NCBI RefSeq assembly: GCF_006345805.1
Contig: NC_043006.1
Location: 15,252,001 to 15,316,000 of the forward strand
Direction: 5' to 3'
Length of the DNA stretch: 64,000 nt
DNA from: Octopus sinensis
Taxonomy: Eukaryota
Below, piece after piece: positions 50,483 to 59,560 of this stretch. The translations under genes and the position numbers were made by a program. The stretch's first letter is position 1; every line of letters starts with the position of its first letter. The notes under the pieces are model-generated. The model did no database searches and was not told where the DNA came from. It worked only from the letters and a program-made list of their open reading frames with translations.

Positions 50483-52290
50483 TCATTTATATGTAAGATA
50501 AGTATGACGCCGCCAATGGGGACATCGAAAAGCAGTCTGTAAAAGCCCGTTTACCAAACGGCCTCTGGCGAACAATATGTGGAAAAGCTCAGAGTTACAA
50601 AGATTACACATCCTTCTGCCCCTATCAAACGGGAGGGCCACCGACAAAATCGACCATTCCAGCCTAAAAACTGAATTCGCGTTCTTCAAACGCCAGATAA
50701 GTTTGCTAAGTCCTGTGGCTTGGTATTTATTAACGTCGCGAAAAGTTGCGAAATGGTTCGATCTTCTCCAGGCCAATTTTGACGATGAGGCCCCGACATA
50801 CGAGTAGACATCCGAATCCGTGTAAACATTGCATTGGTAAATGGCATTTCTGATCTTGGAGTTACTAGACAAGAACCTTATTTATTTGGATTAGCTTCTG
50901 ATATTAATACTGCGTTCCTATTACTATATTGACTGTGAGAACTGCGGCCGCCTACTACATTATACTCCTCATTATCAATACTAATTAACGGACTATCCCC
51001 TGTGTATTCCCTATCACTGAGAACGCTGTGATTGCTAGTATCCGTGGACCTACTATTGTCGGAAACGTTGCTAAAGTTGCTATTAGGACTCTCTACATTA
51101 ATGACCCGAACTGCGCTCACCTCCCTATTACCATTACTAACGTTATTAACATCACCATTTCTTCTATCGTTAATCCTATTATTTACTCCCTGGTTGGTAC
51201 TGAGATTACCAGTCACTGTACTGGCTCTTTTATCATTATTACTACTATTATTATTCCTACTGCGCGTTAAACTGGAATTAGACGGAGCTGCGCCTCCGGA
51301 CAATGGTGATAGGGTCTTAATAAGCAGCCTATTATTATGGGAGGCGATTATCTGGGAAAGGTTTTTTGTGTTGGAGAAAGCTATCCTAACTTTATGTGAG
51401 TTAACCGTGGAGTAATATTTGGAATTTCTGGGAAAGTTACTGGCAATGGCTTGGCGAAACAGGAGGGGAAGATTAGTTCTAATCTGCTTACCAAAGGGAA
51501 TTACAAACCAGATATGTTTATTCCTATTTTTGTGATGGGTCGGGGAGCCAGCTCTGACATTAAGGTGGGTGATTCTAGGTTGAATAAAAGGTTTTGGCTT
51601 AGTATGACGTCCCCCGGACCGTAAATTATCTATGTTCCCTAAATTAAATCCAGAAGTACCTGCTCCAACACTCCCCCCGCTCCCATCACTACTTAAATTA
51701 TTTATGTTATTATAGACGGCCCTATCCTGATGACCGAATGGTGGCATCGGAAGGGCTGGATCAATATATACTACCTTCTGCCTATAACCGGCTTTGGATA
51801 GCGCGGCGTTATAAAATTCCGCTTTCTGCATAAAAATGTCGACACTGGCGGACAAATTAGACAATCTTAGAGAGATGTTTTTAACCAAATTGTCTGTTAT
51901 AGTTTTGGCATGATTGGAGAAGACACTGACATACTTTAAATTAGTGGAAGGCTTATGGTAAGGGCAGTATGAATCGCTATGGAGTTTTAGTGTGACGTCT
52001 AGGAAATTAGCCTTAGTAAGTTCATTATCAAAAACTATATTCATGCCCATTCTATTAAAGAACCTAGCTAACCTACTTTTAGTTTTCTGTACGATTCTGT
52101 TCGTGGTGTTTTGCAGGTAAAACAGACAATCGTCACGATACAGGCCGCCCGCGATGTCCGGGAATTGGTCGGATAATTCGTAGAGAATATAGATTCCGAC
52201 CCAAAAAATCGGCTATCTGCGCGCTATCCGAACTACCCATAGGCCACATCGAATTCGTTGGGAGTATCTTTACGAATCCACAACTTATGT
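50483..52290 (-). mobile_element. 5'-truncated, frameshifted Penelope-like element (YRDD RT + C-terminal GIY-YIG; Nematis-like, tentative)
   Basis: FDV..MGSSDSAQIAD, GLYRDDCL, NFLDVTL, PYHKP, SNH; WFVIPF..NFP..VRIAFS..II.SHN; then IYQC..SYVG..R..H..LSKLIWRLK..CNLCNSE..RCPH. Confidence 0.85.
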
Positions 52291-52413
52291 ATATCCACAA
52301 CTTATGTATATATATATATATACATATAATATATATTATATATATATATATATAATATATATATATATATAATTATATCTATATATATATATATATATGT
52401 GTATATATTATAT

Positions 52414-52492
<79 letters not shown>

Positions 52493-52530
52493 CTATATAT
52501 GTATATATATTTTTTTATTTTATAGAAGGA

Positions 52531-52579
52531 GCTTCTACAGGACTAGAACTGTTTCATTCAAAAGAAATCATCAGGAAGC
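52531..52579 (-). ncRNA. Minimal type-I hammerhead ribozyme
   Basis: GCTTC-CTGATGA-T TTC TTTT GAA T-GAAA-CAG-TTCTAGTC-CTG-TA/GAAGC; predicted cleavage after GUA, between 52536 and 52535. Confidence 0.8.
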
Positions 52580-52930
52580 AATTAGACAAGAGTTGTTTTG
52601 GTATTTATACATTTAGGCAGGTTAAAATGGGTGGTGGTGGGGGACTTTTTTGGGGGTAGGCATGGCGCAAAACTGTCATTATTAGGGGAGTGGTCAAAGG
52701 AATCGGTGGTAAAGTAGATAAAAGAATAAAAAATAAAAATAAAAATAAAAAAATAAAAAAATATAAATAGAAAAGTTTTAGTGGGGAGACTCTCACTTGT
52801 ACACCTACATATATATATATACATATACATATACATACACATATACACACCCGCCTATTCACATATATCTATACATATACATACATACCCACATATACAT
52901 ACATATATATATACATTCATACGTACACAT

Positions 52931-52962
<32 letters not shown>

Positions 52963-53737
52963 ATATATCTACATATACTCATGTACGTACACACAGATAC
53001 ACAAACACATACACATACATACACATATGTATACCCACTCGCACATATATATACAAATGCATATACATGCACGCACATACACACACATTTTTATTCTCTT
53101 ATTTTAATTTTATTAACTACTTTAGTTTATATCTTTATTTTTATCTTGACCGGTCAAACTTGTCCCAAGGGATCTCTAAAGATACTGTTTTTCTATCAAC
53201 TTACTGATACGAACGCAAGCACTTACTCACGCCCACACATTCACACGTACACTCACGCACAAGTTATATTCATACACGCCTACATCTACATACATTCACG
53301 TATATTCACATACACGCATACACATACATACCTCAACACACCCACAGAAGACTAGTCCATACATATACACTAATTAATATATATACACATATACATGTAC
53401 ACATACATACACATACATACATATACATACATATACACATATCATACATATATATATACCATATACATTCATATACATATACATACACATATACACTCAT
53501 ACATATATACACATGCACACATACACACACACATATATATATCATATATATATATATATATATATATATACTAAGCATAAGGTTTAGCAACGAATTGCCT
53601 TACCACATACCGAATTTGAAATAGCAGTCAAAGGGTTATAGCTATTTCTTCTACTAAAAAGGGAGATCTCAGTAAAAACAGCAATTGGAAGGCTGACACA
53701 ACAGGTAAGAGAGAATGAATTAACCGCAATCTTCAAC

Positions 53738-53776
<39 letters not shown>

Positions 53777-53779
<3 letters not shown>

Positions 53780-54245
53780 TGATTGATTGATTGATTCTAG
53801 TTTCAGCTTATGAGCTGTGCCATGCTGGGGCACCGCCATTTGGTGTTGCTACTTGGTTTCACTTCATGAAGGCTTTCTAGCAATTGCTATTTGGTGCATG
53901 AGAGAGTTCGATGCAGCTGCCATCATCTGCCCCTCCTGCCGTGAAGTTGGTTCATCTGGGACACCTGACAGGAAGAGATCCAGCTTCATTTTAAAGACAT
54001 CTGTATCCACCCCATGCAGGTCTCTCAGGTTCTTCGGGAGGATATTGAAGAGCTGTGGGCCTCGGAAGCCCAGGCTATCACAGAATCTTGTCCTACATCT
54101 TGATGGCAAGTTTGGAGTCATAGACACCACGCAGTGGCGCCCAGTTCTGGCATTTGCGTAACTCTCGATGCCAAAGTTTAGGACACTTCTCTCCAGGATC
54201 TTCCAGATGTATATTATAGCATATCTTTCCCGCCTACGAGAAAGA
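53777..54245 (-). mobile_element. CR1/Jockey-group LINE 3' end with (AATC)n tail
   Basis: RRRERYAIIYIWKIL..GPQLFNILP..FKMKLDLFLSGVPDEP..SNSL; 3' UTR GGCGGTGCCCCAGCATGGCACAGCTCATAAGCTGAAAC then (AATC)n. Confidence 0.9.
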
Positions 54246-54272
54246 TATATATTACACCACACATATATATAT

Positions 54273-54305
<33 letters not shown>

Positions 54306-54324
54306 CACGGGAGGCTTTATGAAA

Positions 54325-54359
<35 letters not shown>

Positions 54360-54552
54360 TACATACATACATGCGTACACATGCACACACACACACACAC
54401 GCGCATCTATATATACACATAAGTACACACATGCCTAAATGTATACATATGTCTAACACATGCATACACATCCGCACACACACGCGCCTCCTTATGTTCA
54501 TAAAACCATACATGCATACTGGCATATACATATATACATACATGCATACTCA

Positions 54553-54601
<49 letters not shown>

Positions 54602-54752
54602 TATACGTGCAGTTACCCATTATTCAAACGGATACCTACATATAAACATACCCATATATACTTATTTACACATATGTATATATAAATATACATACATACA
54701 CATATAACTACATACCTACATATACATAAACACACAAGCGTACATATATATA

Positions 54753-54852
54753 NNNNNNNNNNNNNNNNNNNNNNNNNNNNNNNNNNNNNNNNNNNNNNNN
54801 NNNNNNNNNNNNNNNNNNNNNNNNNNNNNNNNNNNNNNNNNNNNNNNNNNNN
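54753..54852. other. Assembly gap (100 N)
   Basis: Run of N. Confidence 1.
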
Positions 54853-54892
54853 TGCCGAAATGTATAAATCCAAAAACAACTCTTGTCTAATT

Positions 54893-54940
54893 GCTTCCTG
54901 ATGATTTCTTTGAATGAAACAGTTCTAGTCCTGTAGAAGC
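54893..54940 (+). ncRNA. Minimal type-I hammerhead ribozyme (inverted second copy)
   Basis: GCTTC-CTGATGA-T TTC TTT GAA T-GAAA-CAG-TTCTAGTC-CTG-TA/GAAGC; predicted cleavage after 54935; 54853-54950 is the RC of 52520-52619. Confidence 0.8.
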
Positions 54941-55064
54941 TCCTTCTATAAATAAATTAATTTACTCTGCTATGTATTGAGTAATTATTTATGTGGTAAA
55001 CCCCGACTCAACCCGGACCTACATATATGTATACATATATATGTATATATATATGTATGTATAT

Positions 55065-55100
<36 letters not shown>

Positions 55101-55124
55101 ATATTATATATATATATATATATA

Positions 55125-56628
55125 TGTAAAAAAGTTGAGTTGTGGGGTATCGTACGAGTGGGATTATATATGAAAAAGGTTTGAAAATGCAATTTAAACG
55201 ATGTTTATACTTAACCGGTTTCACCTTTGTGGTAAAAGATTGTTAAAAGTAACATTGAATATTATGGGTTCAAAAAAGGGTTTTACATAATTGTCACATA
55301 CATGTATAAATATAGTATAAAAAGTTCCATAGTGGGTGATGAGAATATTTGTAAAAATTGGCAGAAAAGAATAAAACAATAATATATTATTGGAAATTTG
55401 GTTGCGTTAATTATTGGTTGTGCGCAAATTGTCACATTACATGTATATATATACAGTCTTTGGTAGAAAGGACATGTTAAAGACATAAGGAAGGTAATAG
55501 TTTGGTGAGAAAGCTTGTAATATTGACAGAGAAAAAATTAAAATGGATATTTTAGACATCTCAGAATATTTTGAATCGAAGGCGAGAATTTGTTTTTTAC
55601 TGACCTGTTTGTTTCAGCAGAAAAGTTGAATTGAGAGAAAAAGAGATGTGTACCAGTTTGGTTTATACTTCCCCTTCAAGCATCAGTGATTTTGGGGTTA
55701 TTGGGAGGAGGTGAGTATGCAATGTGAATAGATGTGTCCGTGTGGCCTGCTGGTCAGACAGCGTCTGTTTGTCACACACATATATACACACCCACAACAA
55801 CACAACACCACACACACATAGTATACAAACACACACCACATACACACAACACACACACACACACACACAGAACACTCACACACACACAACGCACCCACAT
55901 ATATAATATATACACACAGCACACAAATATAACATGTATTTAATATAATATACACACATATATAACACATACACACACAACACACACACAAACTAACACA
56001 CACACACAACACACGCACACATATATACATAATATAAATATCACACAAATACACCTGGCATATATATACACATACAATACACATACACAGCATGTATATA
56101 ATACACATACACAATATATGCATGCAATATACATACGCAATACATACATATAATATATATATATATAGACAATGCATATACATATATACATATATACATA
56201 TAAACATATAAATAGTGTTTACATACACATACATAGATATACCACATATACACACAATATACATACATACAATGCATACATATACACGTACGCATACATA
56301 TAATATATATAGACACACACACACATAACATACATACACAATGCATACATATATATACACGCAACGCATATACATGTATTCACGTATATATAGCACACCT
56401 ACAATATACATATATACAATGCACACATACACACACATATATACACTTAATTGTACACATACATATACAATACACATACATACAATATACATATACACAA
56501 TGCGCATGCAAATAATGCACCTGTTTATACACACATATACATGCAAATATATATACACACACACACACAAACAATGTACTCACATATACACACATACCGT
56601 GCATATACACACAACACACACACCACAC

Positions 56629-56679
<51 letters not shown>

Positions 56680-56721
56680 ACAAATCCACATGTAAATACA
56701 TACACACGTACACAATGCTCA
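55125..56721 (-). mobile_element. Inverted copy of the Neptune-type PLE pseudo-LTR
   Basis: RC of about 62220-64000 and of 57205-58185 (e.g. CAGACAGCGTCTGTTTGTCAC, GTGGGGTATCGTACGAGTGGGATTA). Confidence 0.9.
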
Positions 56722-57205
56722 CACACCGGAATGACTTGACAGCAAAGGAATGCGACTACATTACTAAATTTAATTGCAAAACCAGCACACTCTATGGGCT
56801 TCCAAAAATACACAAGAGTCAAATTATCACAGAAGCTTGCAAAAAGTCCACTTCAACCTGCATCACTATACCACATCCCACTGATCTCAAACTGAGACCA
56901 ATAGTGGCAGGCCCAAGTTGTGAAACACACAGACTTAGCAACTTTATAGATATCATCTTAAAGCCAATACTGAAACACATTCCAAGTATTGTAAGAGATG
57001 ATCTGGACCTATTAAATCATCTCCCCAAACATGCCGATAAAGACACCTTAATCGTTTCTTTTGATGTTATTGAATGTTGTTATTTACACTGTTGATAAGG
57101 TTTTTGAAGTCTATAAGTTGGTCGAGTGTGTGGGACCATAGGATGAGGCAATCATCTAAGTAGCGTTTCCAGTTCTCCAACAGGTATTTGTGGAAAGACT
57201 GGCCG
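56722..57205. mobile_element. Rearranged RT fragments of the same PLE (forward about 60113-60459, then inverted about 60730-60866)
   Basis: Near-identical to ORF2; about one substitution seen in each fragment. Confidence 0.9.
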
Positions 57206-58190
57206 TGTGTGATATTTATATTATGTATATATGTGTGCGTGTGTTGTGTGTGTGTGTTAGTGTGTGTGTGTGTTGTGTGTGTATGTGTTATATATGTGTG
57301 TATATTATATATAAATACATGTTATATTTGTGTGCTGTGTGTATATATTATATATGTGGGTGCGTTGTGTGTGTGTGAGTGTTCTGTGTGTGTGTGTGTT
57401 CTTGGTGTGTGTGTGTGTTGTGTGTATGTGGTGTGTGTTTGTATACTATGTGTGTGTGTGTTGTTGTTGTTCTGGGTGTGTGTATATGTGTGTGACAAAC
57501 AGACGCTGTCTGACCAGCAGGCACACGGACACATCTATTCACACCCGCATACTCACCTCCCAATAACCCCAAAATCACTGATGCTTGAAGGGGAAGTATA
57601 AACCAAACTGGGTACACATCTTTTTTTCTCTCAATTCAACTTTTCTGCTGAAACAAACAGGTCAGTAAAAAACAAATTCTCGCTTTCGATTCAAAATATT
57701 CTGAGATGTCTAAAATATCCATTTTAATTTTCTCTGTCAATATTACAAGCTTTCTCACCAAACTATTACACTTCCTTATGTCTTTAACATGTCCTTTTAC
57801 CAAAGACTGTATATATATACATGTAATGTGACAATTTGCGACAAACAATAATTAACGCAACCAAATTTCCAATAATATATTTGTTTTATTCTTTTCTGCC
57901 AATTTACACAATATTCTCATCACACTATTGAACTTTTTTATACTATATTTATACATGTAATGTGACAATTATGTATAAAAAAACATTTTTGAATTCATAA
58001 TATTCAATGTGACAATTATGTAAAAAACTTTTTTTGAACCCATAATATTCAATGTTACTTTTGACAATATTTTACCAAAGAGTGAAACCGGTTAAGTAAA
58101 TAAACATCGTTTAAATTGCATTTTCAAACCTTTTTTCATATATAATCCCACTCGTACGATACCCCACAACTCAACTTTTTTATATATATA
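57205..58190 (+). mobile_element. 5' partial pseudo-LTR of the Neptune-type PLE
   Basis: Direct repeat of about 63072-64000. Confidence 0.9.
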
Positions 58191-58213
58191 TAAACATCGC
58201 ACGAGTCCCGAAA

Positions 58214-59560
58214 ATGCCACCCAAATCACAACACGCAGAATCTTTAATGAACCAAAATATCCTAAAAGAATTACAAGAAATCTCCTCGAAACTTTCAACC
58301 ATAATAAACAAAGTCGAACAATCGCACTTATACCTAAATGGACTCATGGAGGCCAAAACAACCAATCAAATCCCTGACATCATCCCAACACTGCAAAACC
58401 TAATGAAATCCATAGAGACGGCAGTGCTCCCAAAGCAGGAGCAAACTAAAGACTGCTTCTCAGTTAAAAGCTCTCTTAACAACACCTGGAGTAAAAATCT
58501 CAAAGCGCGTAAGTTTGCCTTCTGGAATTTCATAAAAAATAACAACAAAGCTGACATTTATGAAAAGTGGCTCAACTCCACCCCTATCATCCTACCCAGA
58601 AAACTACAAATAAAACCCATCCAAAATGAACCAGAAAACCAAAAAAACCTCAGGGAGAAACTAGCTTTTGAAAAATTCAAAACGGAAGTAGAACTCTTGC
58701 GGCTCAGAGCCAACGCCAGTGAAGAAAAATTCAAGACCCTTGACAATGAAATGCAGATTGAAATCTCAAAACACTGTGAAGGAGCACTCCTTGATGAAAC
58801 CACCAAACTCTGGAGAAAAAACTGCGAGGATGAAGAACTAACATCCCTCCAGCGAATGGAAAAAAACAGCTGGTTCGCCAATTATGAAACAGAGTTCACA
58901 AAGGAACACCTTTCAAGCAACCCATATTTTAAAATATCTACCTCAACTCACACTCCTCGCCAAAAACAAAGAAAACCAACCACAAAACACCGAACACACA
59001 CCACCCCTAACATCGACAACAACAACAACAGAACTTACAGACAGCACTACAATCCCATGAAAAGAACCGAGACACCCATCATCACAAGACAAAACTTTAC
59101 CAGACAACGTAGACCCCAACCCACACAAGAACCGTTCCAGATTCGGAGATCCTACCCATCACTTAGAAACCCATCTCTGAACTATGATTGTAGATTCCAA
59201 CCCAAACCGCTCCTAACTCAGAGTTCTCCCCCAACATATAGGAATTCACTTCTAAACCATGAATGTAGTTTCCAACCCACTCTAAGGAACCAACATTACA
59301 CCCAGGACAAACAACCCAGACCCTGGAATAACCAAAACTCTTCCAGGAGGCCACACCAACAACCCAGACCCTGGAACAACCAAAACCTCTTCAACAGACA
59401 ACATATCAACGGGGGACAGAATCACAACAACCAAAACCTCTTCAACAGACAACATATCAACGGGGGACAGAATCACATACAGCAAAATACCGCAGATAGA
59501 AGAACCCCCAGGATTCCTTTTTTAGGCAAGGGCATCAGTTTCCACGACACCAGATGGTAG
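58214..59560 (+). CDS. PLE ORF1 (448 aa): coiled-coil N-terminal half, R/Q/N-rich repeated C-terminal half
   Basis: Intact non-microsatellite ORF between the pLTR and the RT ORF; overlaps ORF2 in the -1 frame. Confidence 0.8.
   Translation: MPPKSQHAESLMNQNILKELQEISSKLSTIINKVEQSHLYLNGLMEAKTTNQIPDIIPTLQNLMKSIETAVLPKQEQTKDCFSVKSSLNNTWSKNLKARKFAFWNFIKNNNKADIYEKWLNSTPIILPRKLQIKPIQNEPENQKNLREKLAFEKFKTEVELLRLRANASEEKFKTLDNEMQIEISKHCEGALLDETTKLWRKNCEDEELTSLQRMEKNSWFANYETEFTKEHLSSNPYFKISTSTHTPRQKQRKPTTKHRTHTTPNIDNNNNRTYRQHYNPMKRTETPIITRQNFTRQRRPQPTQEPFQIRRSYPSLRNPSLNYDCRFQPKPLLTQSSPPTYRNSLLNHECSFQPTLRNQHYTQDKQPRPWNNQNSSRRPHQQPRPWNNQNLFNRQHINGGQNHNNQNLFNRQHINGGQNHIQQNTADRRTPRIPFLGKGISFHDTRW

Noticed and set aside
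51028-51415. + strand ORFs of 80 and 127 aa (Leu/Ile-rich)
   Set aside because: Antisense shadows of the N-rich PLE linker.
57655-57670. Splice donor CAG|GTCAGT in the pLTR (PLEs can retain introns)
   Set aside because: No convincing matching acceptor before ORF1; needs RNA data.
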